Origin: Chiloscyllium plagiosum
Lineage: Eukaryota
DNA length: 64,000 nt
Direction: 5' to 3'
Assembly: GCF_004010195.1 (NCBI RefSeq)
Contig: NC_057748.1
Coordinates: 15,679,190 to 15,743,189, forward strand
Each line of letters opens with the position of its first letter. Within the stretch, counting starts at the first letter, position 1. The position numbers were made by a program, and so were the translations under genes. The notes beneath the pieces were generated by a model. That model did no database searches, was not told where the DNA came from, and saw only the letters and a list, made by a program, of their open reading frames with translations. Shown piece by piece: positions 51,132 to 64,000 of the stretch.

Positions 51132-51314
51132 GTAAGTCAATTCTCTTTAGTTGTTGCAAAATGGAATCGCCTCTGGTTGTGCGTCACTAAGAGATTCTGT
51201 GAGTTCACGTTGCAGCAGACATTTAGTTGTTTTGGCATTGTGTTAGTAACCCAATGTTATTAGTTCAAAACCACTTTTTGATAGGTTATACTCTTAAATT
51301 GGATTAATTCATCG

Positions 51315-51941
51315 AATTCACAGAATCCTTACAGTGTGGAAACAGACCAAGTCCACACCGACCCTCCGAATAGTAACCCATCCAGACCTATTCCCCTACC
51401 CTATTACCTCACATTTCTGCTGACTAATGCATCTAACCTTCACATCTCTGAACACTATTAGCAACTTCCCATGGCCACCTCACCTAATTTGCACATTCAG
51501 ACTGTGGGAGGAAACTGAAACACTCAGAGGAAACCCACACAGAGTTGTAGGATGCCGGCTCAAAAGATGCCAATTAAGGTTGTTGGTTTTAGAATAGTAG
51601 AATCTCTATAGTGTGGAAGCCGGACATTCAGCCCATCAAGTCCTCACTGACTCTCTGAAGAGCATCCCACCCAGCCATGTCTCCTTACCCTATCCCCATA
51701 ACTCTACATTTGGCTAATCCACCTTGTCTGCACATCCCTGGACACAGTGGGTAATTTCCTACAGCCAATCCAGCTAACCTGCACATCTTTGGACTGTGGG
51801 AGGAAACCAGAGCACCCAAAGGAAACCCACACAGACACGGGGAGAACATGCAAACTCTGCACAGACAGTTGCCCGAGGCTGGAATCAAATTCAAATCGCC
51901 GGTATTTTAAGGCAGTAGTGCTAATCACTAGGCCACCATGC
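51315..51941 (-). mobile_element. Two HE1-type SINEs (51315-51541 partial; 51597-51941)
   Basis: Homology to other copies. Confidence 0.85.
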
Positions 51942-52899
51942 GGCCCCTGTATTTGAGATATGAAATTTAGAAACAATCTAATGAGTGTCCAACGCATGCA
52001 GAACTGCTTCCTTAAAAAAAAGACAACTTGTAATTGCTTGACGGGACTAAGGTAAGGAAATATCTCTTTTTGAAAAGAAAATTGCTATCCTAAATGCCTC
52101 TAGTTTTATATTCCAATCCCTTTGCATTGAACTACAGCATTACATTTGCCTTCCTATCTGTGAGCTGAACCTGCATATTAAAATATGATGCATTTACTAG
52201 GCCACCCAGATGCTCCTGAACCACTGAGTTCGGTAATCTCTCTCCATTTAAACATCTTCACATTTGGAATGCAGTTCACAATTTTGGTTCCCTTATTTGA
52301 ACAAAAGATAAAATTGTGTCAGATGCAGTTCAGAGAGAATCTGATTGACTCATTCCTGGGACGGAGAGCTTATTTTATGAAGAAAGGTTGAACCAACTGG
52401 GTCTCATCCATTGGAGTTTGGAAGAGTGAGAGGTGATCTTATTGTAATGTATGAGATCCGTGAAGGAACTGGATAGGGTGAAGAGCAAGAAGATACTTCC
52501 TATTATGGGAAAGACTAAAATTAGGTGCTGAAGATGACCATTAAACTCAAAATATTAACTCTGTTTCTCTTTCTACATATGCTACCAGACTTGCAGAGCT
52601 TTTCCAGGACTTTCTTGTTTTTATTTCAATCTCTGCAATAATTTATTTTTATTTTAGAACAAGGAAACATAGCTTCAGAATAAGCTGTCTCCCTTTTAAG
52701 GCAGAAATGGGGAGAACTTTTCTCTTAAAGAGTAACTGGTATAAAGAGTTTTCTTCCCCAGAAAGCAATGGTGGTGGGATCATTGAGTTTATTCAAGGCA
52801 GAGTTAGATAGAATTTTAATAGATGAAGGAAAGTGAAGTTGAGATGCCCCCAACCAGATTAGCTGTGATCTTGTTGAATGGTGGAGCAGGCTTGCTCCT

Positions 52900-53395
52900 C
52901 ATACAGTCATAGAGATGTACAGCATAGAAACAGACCCTTTGGTCCAACTCGTCCATGCTGACCAGATATCCCAACCCAATCTAGTCCCACCTGCCAACAT
53001 CTGGTACATATCCCTCCAAACCCTTCCCATTCATATACCCATCCAGATGCCTTTTAAATGTTGCAATTGTACTCGCCTCCACCACTTCCTCTGGTAGCTC
53101 ATTCCATACATGCACCACCCTCTGAGTGAAAACGTTCTCCCTTAGGTCTCTTATATCTTTCTCCTCTCACTCTAAACCTATGCCCCATAGTTCTGGACTC
53201 CCCCGCCCTAGGGAAATGACTTTGTCTATTTATCCTATCCATGCCCCTCATGATTTTATAAATCTCAACGAGGTCACCCCTCAGCCTCCAACACTCCAGG
53301 GAAAACAGCCCCAGCTTATTCAACCTCTCCCTATAGCTCAAATCCTCCAACCCTGGAAGCATCCTTATAAATCTTTTCTGAACCTTTTCAACTTT
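52900..53395 (-). mobile_element. HER1/CR1-like LINE 3' end
   Basis: KVEKVQKRFIRMLPGLEDLSYRERLNKLGLFSLECWRLRGDLVEIYKIMRG. Confidence 0.9.
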
Positions 53396-54020
53396 CAAAA
53401 AGATATATTGGGAAGGTGGAAGAGAGAAAGAAGCAAAACAAAATATATATAAGGCCGGTTCTAACAAATTGTTAGCATTTAGAAAGTGTACTGAAGAGGA
53501 GGGGTCATGTAACTCGAAGGCCATGAGTTTAAGTCCTGCTATAGCAATCTGAATTCAAATTCAATAAATTGTTGAGCTGAGGCCGGAGATATAATGGTGA
53601 GTGCTGCAGAATTGTTGTATAAGTCAGTATGGTTCCTTGTTCTTCTGCAAAGTCTACCTAACTCTCCTACCTGATCTCAACAATACCTGACAATGAAGTC
53701 GGGTCTCAATATGAAATAGGCGACAGTAGATTGGCAACTCTTTTAACAGCCCACTCTGTTTTCTGTCTCATTTAGACAACTTGTCAACAATTCCACAAAG
53801 GGGTTTAGCAATAAAATTGATGCAGAGAATTTAGGAGAAAATTGTTAACAGAAATTGCTGAACCTTTTATTGGATGCAGTGATTGAAGCATATGGCATTG
53901 AGGTATATAGTGAGAGAGATGGAGAAGAAGAGGGATGGAGGGCTGAGAGGCCTATTTCTGTGTGAAATATCTTCTGTAATCCCTCCATTAAAAAAAAACT
54001 CATCTCATTCAATTCTTAAA

Positions 54021-54226
54021 CAGAAGATGTATAGGTTAGGCAGATTGGCAGTGCTAAATTGCCCATCATGTTCAGGGATGTGTAGACTACGTAGATTAGC
54101 AATGGGAAATGCAGGGTTACCAGGATAGGGTAAGGGAGTGGGCCTAGGTAGGATACTGATCGGAGGGGCGGTGTGGACTCGATAGGCTGAATGGCCTGCT
54201 TCCACACTTAAGGGATCCTATGATTC
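54021..54226 (+). mobile_element. HE1-type SINE, 5'-truncated
   Basis: 3' half homologous to other copies. Confidence 0.8.
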
Positions 54227-54376
54227 TTAATATTCCTGTACTCAAGGGAATAAACACTTGGTACGATCTATCCACATTATGTCATTGGGTTATACCAATT
54301 GACTGATTACTGGGAATAAATGGCTGGTGACATAGCTAATGCTCACCTTTATGAAAGTACTCTTTTCTATTTCTAG

Positions 54377-54616
<240 letters not shown>

Positions 54617-54719
54617 TAAATGGAATGTTTCTCTGTGACACCAACTGAGGTAATTTCACTCATTAGCTGTCCTTATCATCATGATCCTCAGAAACCCCAA
54701 GACATCTTAGAAGAAGTAA

Positions 54720-55030
54720 TACCTTGCGAGTCAGATTGTTCTGAATTGAAGCCACTTCAGTCCTTGAACCCTAAAATCAAGATTGACCTGCAATGCCACA
54801 TTGAGGCAATGATACTGACTATAGGCAATGCCATCTTTTTGGATGAGACATTAAATCATTCCAGCGTGGGATTTAAGAGATCCTATTGTACTATTTTGTA
54901 GAAGTAGAGAGTTATCCATGATGTTATGGCCAACATTTTACCTTCCATCAAAAATGCATTATCTAGTCATTATCACATTACTGCTTTTGAAAGATTGTTG
55001 AAATCAATTAACTGTCACATTGTAACAGTG
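54720..55030 (+). mobile_element. Deu-domain SINE (SacSINE1-like), decayed
   Basis: tgccatctttttggatgagacattaaa...agatcc..tgtactattt...tggccaacattt; homologous to 37190-37575. Confidence 0.6.
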
Positions 55031-55059
55031 ACCAAATTTCTTCATCATCATCAAATCGA

Positions 55060-55340
55060 TACAGTGTGCCCAACAAGTCCAACTGACCCTCCAAAGAGTA
55101 ACCCACCCAAAGCCTTACCCTACATTTACCCCCAACAATGCACCTAAACTGCACATCCCTGAACACTATGGGGCAATTTAGCTCAGCCAATTCACCTAAC
55201 CTGCACACCTTTGGATTGTGGGAGGAAACCCACAGGGAGAATACGCAAACTCCATGCAGACAGTTGCCCGAGGCTAGATTCGAACCCAGGTCCCTGGCGC
55301 TGTGAGGCAGCAGTGCTAACCACTGCGCCACCATGCCACC
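55060..55340 (-). mobile_element. HE1-type SINE
   Basis: Reverse-complement ggtggcatggtggcgcagtggttagc...gggttcgaatc. Confidence 0.88.
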
Positions 55341-56004
55341 CCAGTCATTAGCTACAAAGCACTTTGAGATTTCTGACTGCCATGAAAGACACCACAAAAA
55401 TGTAAGCTTTCCTTCCTCAATTCTTTCCCCCTCTTTTCCTCCTCCCCATCCCCCCTTCCTTAACCACAACATTGACCTGAACCTCATTGGCCCTCTTATT
55501 CAACATAGAAAGGAATGTCTACTCTTTACTTTGACAATGCCTTTTCCAAATACTGTTCCTTTTCTTGTTCACAAAATTACCAGCAAGACCCAGGTCAGTG
55601 CCAGTGATAATTAAAATCTGAGCATCATGACGATTGGGTTTTCAGATTTTTGAGGCGTGCCTTTCATCTTTTGCAATAGAGCTTTGACTGAAAACCACAA
55701 TTCTTCATGGTGGACAACTTTATTCTATAATGAGTTGGGCTGAAGGAATTCCTTTTTGATATTGAGAAGTGTAGCAAACTACTGCCATGTTAGTGACATC
55801 CCTACAATAAATTTGAGAAAAAAAAACTCACCTAAACTTAAGTAGTTCATCTTGGTGAAAATTTGTGACATTCTCTTTTAAGATGCGGCCCACATTTGTG
55901 TTGAAATGAAAGGTATTACTGAGCTGATTGGATATTCATTCTCTCAATGACACTCACTATCTCCGTTGCAGCACTGTTTTGGATGCAGGGGGTTTAACGT
56001 ATGA

Positions 56005-56199
<195 letters not shown>

Positions 56200-57294
56200 T
56201 GATCTCTCAGCCAACCTCTTATTCTATATATAAAACATCTTACAGCTGGAATTGAATAGAATGCTTGCTGTAACCCAATTACAGAGCAGCAGTAAACAAT
56301 TGAGCTTGCTGCCTCACTTTAACAGATTTTACCTGAAGCAAGGGATCTGACTCTGTTGAAATCTATATCGCTCTCCAAATTTGGCTATCAAACTTCATCA
56401 GTTAAGTTCCAACCTGTGTGCCTTACTTACACTTGTATATCTTTTTTTCACACACTTTATCCATCCAATTTCTTTTCTTCACTTATGGGACATGGATTTC
56501 GCTGGCTAGTCAGCATTGTATTGCCCACCCCTAGTTGCCCTTGAGAAAGTGGGGGTGAGCTGCCTTCTTGAACTGCTGCAGTTCACCTGCTGTAGGTTGA
56601 CTCATAATGGGAGCTCCAGAACTTTGACCTAGCAACAGTGAAGGAACAGCAATATATTTCCAAGTCAGGATGGTGAGTGGCTTGGAGAGAAACTTATCGG
56701 GTGGTAATATTCCTATGTAGCTGCTGCCCTTGACCTTCTAGATGGAAGTGGTTGTGGGTTTGGAAGGTGCTGTCTAAGGATCTTTGGTGAACTTCTGTAG
56801 TGCACCTTCTAGATAGTACATGCATCGGTGACAGAATCCTTTTGATCTTTTGATCAGGGTGGTGCTATAATCTTTCAAATAAATTAATTGTATAGGTCCC
56901 CATCCTGAACCTTCAGATTGTATTCCAGTCTGTAACTCACACCTAAGTTTCTATTACTCTCTAGATAACATCAATTGAATTTGATTTTGGGTTGCTTCCA
57001 GTTACATGTTATTTTTATTATAATCCACACAAAACCCCCAACCAATCATTTGTTGTTACAATTGTGTGGTCTTATAAGCTATGCCTTTACATCTAGCATA
57101 AATAAAAGGGATCATGTGACATGTTCTGGAGTTAGACTGGGAGGTTCATTAGAGATCAAAGGATAGCTGAAATAGTTTTACTGGGAAGAACGTGCAAGGC
57201 GTATTTACTTGGAGACAATGGCAGCATTGACTGAGTTCAAAATCGGTAAGTTCTGGGTCTCCCAAAGTCCCAGAAATGTGTTGAAGGTTGTACA

Positions 57295-57562
57295 AAGTCA
57301 GAAGTCACATGACACCATGTTATAGTCCAACAGGTTTATTTGAAATCACAAGCTTTCGGAGCGCTGCTCCTTCATCAGCTGAACTTCCAACTTTGTCCAC
57401 ACCAGTCCAACACTGGCACCTCCACATCATGTTTATCTGAAGGTCGTACACAGGGAGAAAGTGAGGACTGCAGATGCTGGAGATCAGGTAGAGAGTGCAG
57501 TGCTGGAAAAGCACGGCAGGTCAGACAGCATCTGAGGAGCAGGAGAATCGACATTTCAGGCA
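57295..57562 (-). mobile_element. Adjacent PLE mini-elements: family 5 (57295-57430) and family 1 (57452-57562)
   Basis: Reverse complement CTGATGA-A-GGAGC-AGC-GCTCC-GAAA-GCTT at ~57350-57378; homology to 32890-33082 and 48985-49116. Confidence 0.78.
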
Positions 57563-58310
57563 TACTTTTTCTTATGATGTTAGAGAGTTGAGGCTAAAAT
57601 TGCTAACTAGCATTTCTACCTGAATACAAGATTGACGTGTTTCACATTGAGATAAGGAAGAAGCCAATTTTGAGATTAGTTTACAGGGTTCTCTAAAAAC
57701 CACAGACCAGCAGCAGGGTCTGTGTAGTCAGTAGAAAGAATGAGCTTCACAATGTTGCAAACTACCATATCTGGGAATGGGATGGAGACAGTCACAGTCG
57801 AAGAGACACATCCTGCCACCTTCTAAGGATTTCTAAAGATTTGTTCAAGGGTCAGGAATCAGGGGAAGATGAATCATCAAAGCAGGCTTCACTGCTGTTA
57901 GTAGATTTATGAAACTCTCTGGAAATGGTGGAAGCTGCCTTGAGACAGGGACTCAGTGAAACTGGAACGGGGGGAAACTAGGAGCAACTGGGGACTGATT
58001 GCTGCAAACTTCAGATTGTAATTGACTTAAGAGTGCCTCAGTGAGTCAAACCATTGTGAAATTAACCCAAGACTATCTGTTATCCCATCAGAACCATCAT
58101 GAACTCCTTGATTAAATTCAAATTTCAAACACACTCCCAGGTATCTTTTCCTTCTCAAGTAGAGATACTTAGAATAACCTACAATTTCCCTCAATGTTAC
58201 CCTGGTTACTGCTGCAATACATGTCCTACATGCATCCTATGAGGCTTGGATTGAATAGGAAGTCAACAATGTGATGCTGAGTGAGGAGCCAATGGTTTCA
58301 GCATTCATAG

Positions 58311-58673
<363 letters not shown>

Positions 58674-59754
58674 TGAGTGACCATTCTCTGTAAATTATTG
58701 ATTTGACCTGAGAAAGCCAGCGTTTCCTTATTGGTTAGCAAACATGTGGACTGCGCACATGCACACTTTCTGATCCAGGAATTAAGATTTCTTTAAATCT
58801 CTTTGAAAGATCTGTAGTTAAATGGAGATTAGACTCACAATGGTGTATACTAAGATTCGCACAAATAAACAAGTTTGTGAAAGAGCGATGAGATTTTCCT
58901 GCATTATTATTTGTACATGCTAAGTACTCTCACTACTTTATCAAAGGTGGCCTTGGTACATTGGCTTGGATTACTGGAAGCATTCTTTTCCAGGACAGGG
59001 TGGCTATGGCAGGATCTAAAGGGGCTTGCTGTGCTCAGATTTGGGTCAGAGGCCAGGACTAGCAGCAGCCCACGGTTTGTATTTCTTCCCCTCTGCTTCA
59101 GTGTAATTGATTTCACCAGTGAAATTGAGTTGGAGAGGCGCACAAGAGCAAATACTTCACAGGGCAACCTGAACAATCAGCGTTGTGTACATGCGTATAA
59201 AATGCTGAGTTATGAAAGAGACATCAAGGCTATTATTGTAACTGGTCTTGTATGGATCGGAACCCCATGGGATTGGATAAAATACCCGTTTAAGCCCAGA
59301 CTCAGTTTTTTCCGTCTTTGATTTTGACAAATGGATTTGGTTAAAGTTACTGCTATTCATTCTCAAGGTGTCAGTCTCGTTGGCAAGGCTGGCCTTTTAT
59401 TTTTGCATATCTTTCAATTCCCTGAGCAAGTAGCAGTGACCTTTTTCTGAGAATTTCTGCAGCTTCTAATGCTTTAGCCCCTGAATGATTGGATTCCAGT
59501 TTACAAAGTCTATGGGTTTGCATTTGTTTTTCAAATCACTCCATGGGCTCATCTCTTCTTACCTCTCCAGTCTCCTCTGGCCATCCAGCCCCTGCTCACC
59601 TTCCAACTGCTTGTACATTCCCTGTTCTTACTGACTCCACCATTGGTGGCTATTCCTTCAGCTGTCTGAACTCGAAACTGTGAAATTGCCTCCCCAAAAC
59701 CCCTCGTCCTCTCTTTCTACTTTTTTGAACAACCCACCTTTTTGAACAAGCTTT

Positions 59755-60335
59755 TGGTGATTAGGTATGCTTGCCTTTATTGATCTGTGCATTAAGTACA
59801 GGAATTGGTAGGTCATGTTGCGGCTCTATAGGACGTTGGTGAAGCCAGTTTGGGAATTATTGCGTTCAATTCTGCTACAGAAAATATGCTGCCAAACTTG
59901 ACAGGTTGCAGAAAAGATTTGCAAAGATGTTGCAGCTATAGGGAGAGGCTAGGATAGGATAGGTTGGAGCTCTTTTCCCTGGAACATCAGAGGGGTGACC
60001 TTATAGAGGTTTATAAAATCATGAGGGTTACGGATATGGTGAATAGACAAAGTCTTTCTCCCAGGGTGGGGGAGTCCAAACCTAGAGGGTGAGAGGGGAA
60101 AGATTTAAAAGAGACCTAAGGGCCAACTTTTTCACGCAGAGGGTGGTGCGTGTATGGGATGAGCTGCCAGAGGAAGTGGTGGAGGCTAGTACAACATTTA
60201 AAAGGCATCTGGATAGGTATAGATGGATATGGGCCAAATGCTGGCAAATGGGATTAGATTAATGTAGGATATCTGGTCGGGTGGATAAAATGGGCTGAAG
60301 GGTCTGTTTCTGTTCTGTTTAACTGCCTAACTCTA
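59755..60335 (+). mobile_element. HER1/CR1-like LINE 3' part
   Basis: Homologous to 42960-43692. Confidence 0.8.
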
Positions 60336-61194
60336 ATAGGCCTAATATTTTAGATGTGAAGTTCTATTCATTTTCTTTTAAATGAGTTCACGGGATGGGA
60401 GACTCATTGGCTGGGGCGGCAGTTATTGTCCAGCCTAAGTTGCCCGAGAGAAGTAGCTGGTGAGCTGCCTTCTTTAACTGCTTCAGTCCTTGGGCTGTAG
60501 GGACACTGTTAGGAAGGGAGTCCCAGGATTTGGATGCAAAAGTAGTGAAATAACAGTGCTATACTGCCAGGTCAGGGTGGCATGTGGCTTGGAGGGGAAT
60601 GATAGTTTTAATTGGGGATTGTGGTAAGGTGGTTGCCATGTCACATATAATTGTCGAGTTTTGCTCTGGGAGGAATTTCATTATCACAATCCAGTTCACT
60701 CCTTTGACTGTTGCTGTTATCCCACAGGCACATCCTAAGCTTTTGGACAATGCAATGCAGGAATGTTTCAATGCCTTCAAACTAATAAGCTGCATGAAAA
60801 TGGGAGGGTCAGGAAAGTTAGTGGGAACATAGCTTTGAACGTTTTGCAAGGTGCTATATAAATACACATCGTTGTTGTACTTACGGCTAAGTGGCTTTCC
60901 AGGTCACTTCAGAAGGCAACTGTGTGAAACTGGAATCACATATTGGGCAGAGTGGGTACAGGTGGCAGGTGAGGACATGAATGAATCAATGGGATTTTGT
61001 GACAATCTAACAGCCCCGTAGTGACATTTACTGATACTGCTTCTTATTTAAAATGCCCTGGCGGATTATCAGTCCAATCCTCCGCATCACTTTTCAAATC
61101 ATATGGCTGCACAAGAGTGTGCTTGAGTGGGTTCCCCACGGATATATATCTAAATCTCAGCCAGAGTCAGTTTGCCTTTTCTTTTACTCCACAG

Positions 61195-61355
61195 TTTCAA
61201 AGACCAAATGATTTTTCTCCTCCTTTTCGGTTTGGGACTGTTCCCAATGGAAGCACCGAGAGAAACATCCGGAACAATTACTTTGAGATGCACAGCTACA
61301 TGACTAAGTACAACCAGAAGTCGGTGCTGGATGCATTAATAAGCTTGAAGGCAGG
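61195..61355 (+). CDS. GRIN2B: GluN2B-like exon (S2 start)
   Basis: ccacag acceptor, GG|gtaaga donor; 161 bp; [54 protein letters not shown]. Confidence 0.96.
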
Positions 61356-62401
61356 GTAAGAATTCTGTGAAATCGCCTTCTTGTGGGGGCTACTGCTAAT
61401 GTGGGTGCCATGTCACGAATGGTAGATTTAATTGGCCAAGTCTTGCTTCGGGAAGAAGTTAATTATCACATTATCATTCCTTTGTCTGTTGCTGTTATAC
61501 TACACTACTTCCTAAGATAATGTTGAATTACTAGAGGTTTTGCCAGCCAGTTAGATATTCATTTTCTATTTATGTTTTGATCTGTTTGTGGTTAAAGTTT
61601 TCTCAATATCGTAGAATTAAAAATGTTATAATTGCACAGATTTTAATCTTGTTCACCTATCCAGTCTCTAAAAGCTGCCTGACAGACAGCAGGAAGGTTT
61701 ATCCTTGATACCAGAGAGACAGCTATAACGGACAAATTACTGTGTGCTTCTGGCCTCTGTTTCAGCGGTTCACAGGTTCAATCCCCACTCTAGAGACTTG
61801 AACACATAACCTGAATGGCTCAACTCTAATTATAAAGCTTTGGCTGAAATTCTCGCAGGAAAGGAAATAGCTTCTCCCTATCGTTTATCGGTTTAAACAC
61901 CTTATTAACTTCACCCCCTTCGAAATGCAGGCAGTGCTGCCCATGTTTGTGCAACTGTGGCCTGTAATTTAACACTTTAAGCTCTGGTAATCCTGAAAAT
62001 AATTAGAAGGAAGGAAAATAACTGAAGTCTGTGATGTGCTAAATAGAAAAACATGATCATGAGCCTTGAATCTGAATCTGAAGTTGAGTTTTAAAGAGTT
62101 GGTCTGGTGTGCTAACTTATGCAAAGCATATTTCTTTTTCTTCATTCAAGAGATGGGCACATTGCTGCACTTGAGGGAGGAAACTGCTTTGACCACATCT
62201 CTTCTTTGGCTGGGATAGATCTGGAAGATCAGACACGATCAAATCTTGATAAGAAATATCTCTTATCAAGATGTAGATTATCCCTTCTTAATAGGTGTAA
62301 ATTACATTAGCTCATCAGGTATTACTACTGAGGCTATCAAAAGATCTCATATGTTGCGATGTGATGCTACTGTCCCTACCTCCAAGCCAAAAGTTCTCTT
62401 A

Positions 62402-62700
62402 GGATTATGGAATCCTGACAGTGTGGAAGCAGGCCATTCAGTCCATCAACCCTCCGAAGAGCACCCAAACCAGACCCAACTCCTTACACTATCCCTGTGA
62501 TCCTGCATTTCCCATGGTTAATCCATCCAGCCTGCATATCCCTGAACACTATGGGCAATTTAGCATGGTCAAACCACCTCACCTGTACATCTCCCAGACA
62601 GGGGGAGAATGTTCAAACTTCACACTGACGGTCGCCTGAGTGTGAAATCAAACCCAGATCCTTGGCACTGTGAGGCAGCAGCGCTAACCATTGGGCCATC
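62402..62700 (-). mobile_element. HE1-type SINE
   Basis: Homology to other copies. Confidence 0.82.
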
Positions 62701-64000
62701 ATACTGAACCTAACCTTATCCCCACCCATCTCAGCATGACATGATCTCATTGGGTGGAGCTTATTATATTCTCCAACATTAATTCTTTGAGAACCATTAC
62801 TTGGTACAGCAGATGGCACTGACAAAGCCAGTTTATTGGTTATTCCTAATTACTCTTAGGTTTGATGGGATAACTGAGTGGTTCGGTAGGCCACTTCAAA
62901 GGTATAGTTAATTTAAACAGATAGTTTAAACTGTGGCTTTTCTTCACTTAAGGGCATTATGAAACATCTGGATTTGTACAATAGTTTCATGGTCACCATT
63001 ACTAATAATGGCTTTTATTCCAGATTGATTTAATTGAATTTAAACTCCATAACTAGTATAATGGGGTGGGTGGTTGAATTCCTATCTCCAAATTATTAGT
63101 CCAGGATTATGTATTACTAGATCAGTAACATGGCTATTATGTCTCCTTAGCTATTGTAAGGTGAGTCTCTGTCCACACATGTCCTATATTAGAGGCTGAC
63201 TCAGTGAAAAACACTTTAGCCTTTTCAGAAGGCTCACAGTTCATGCCTCACTTTCAGACTTGAACCCACAGCCAAAGCTGTTATATTTCATGTTTTTAAG
63301 ACAAAGATAGACAGATGCTTTAACAGTAAAAAAAAAAAGGTTATGGTGAGTGGAGCAGGTAAGTGGAGCTGAGTTCACAAAGGAGCCATAATCTTATTGA
63401 ATGGAGAGGCAGGCTCAATGGGCCAAATGGCCTACTCCTGCTCCTATTTCTTCTATTCTTATGTTCTATTAAAAGAAGATGGACTCCCGCCACATCCTTG
63501 TATATTAATGTACTTACAGGAGTCATCTCCAACTGTTGGCAGGCTCATGTCATGTAGGACACTATAATAAGTTCCACCCAATGTGATCATGTCATGCTGG
63601 GATGGGTGGGGTTGAGATTAAGTTCTTGTAAGACTATCTGAACCTCCTCATAGACATTGCCAAAGGAATTGATGGCAAAATTGCAATGAAAACACTTTAT
63701 TCATCGTCAGAAATGATATGTTCATAAGTCAACATATGAAGAAAAGTGTTTTGTTTTGGTTCTCTTTCTTTATATGAAGAAAAGTAGCTGACCTTGGGAA
63801 CACCCAGGGATCTCCTTGTGGGATCCCATTTTGATCATCTCTGATTTAGGCTACCTGGCTATTGTTTGGTTCAGACATTGCACTAGCTTCCACTCCTTTC
63901 TGCAGATTTATGCTTACGAGGCAGCAGAGGAACTCTCCTTGTGCTTTGATCAACAGACTTCCCCCTCCACAAACACTGCCAGAAAGCAGCGATCCATGGG

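Noticed and set aside
52525-52625. Further hammerhead-like remnants (also ~23400, ~32477, ~53490)
   Set aside because: Core boxes or stem II are too decayed to call as ribozymes; at most old PLE tails.

Overview
Eukaryotic (vertebrate) genomic DNA, most likely from a shark or other elasmobranch, judged from its HE1-type SINEs, HER1/CR1 LINEs and Deu-domain SINEs. The only host gene is an NMDA-receptor GluN2 subunit on the + strand, closest to GRIN2B. Seven consecutive internal coding exons lie between 39237 and 61355. They encode the end of the ATD, S1, M1-M3 and the start of S2, and all have GT-AG boundaries with consistent phase. Bases 1-39236 are apparently one large intron, and the gene continues beyond both window ends. 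The rest is repeat-rich intron: SINEs, CR1/L2/Rex1 LINE fragments, Harbinger DNA-transposon relics and two long, highly decayed tandem arrays (~16-bp unit over ~7.7 kb; ~51-bp unit over ~3.3 kb). The most notable non-coding signal is a dense set of Penelope-like retroelement derivatives from 4-5 families carrying minimal type-I hammerhead ribozyme motifs (CUGANGA...GAAA). These include ~95-200 bp mini-elements whose boundary falls at the ribozyme and which have 10-17 bp target-site duplications. All calls were made by eye; no database searches were run, and repeat boundaries are approximate.
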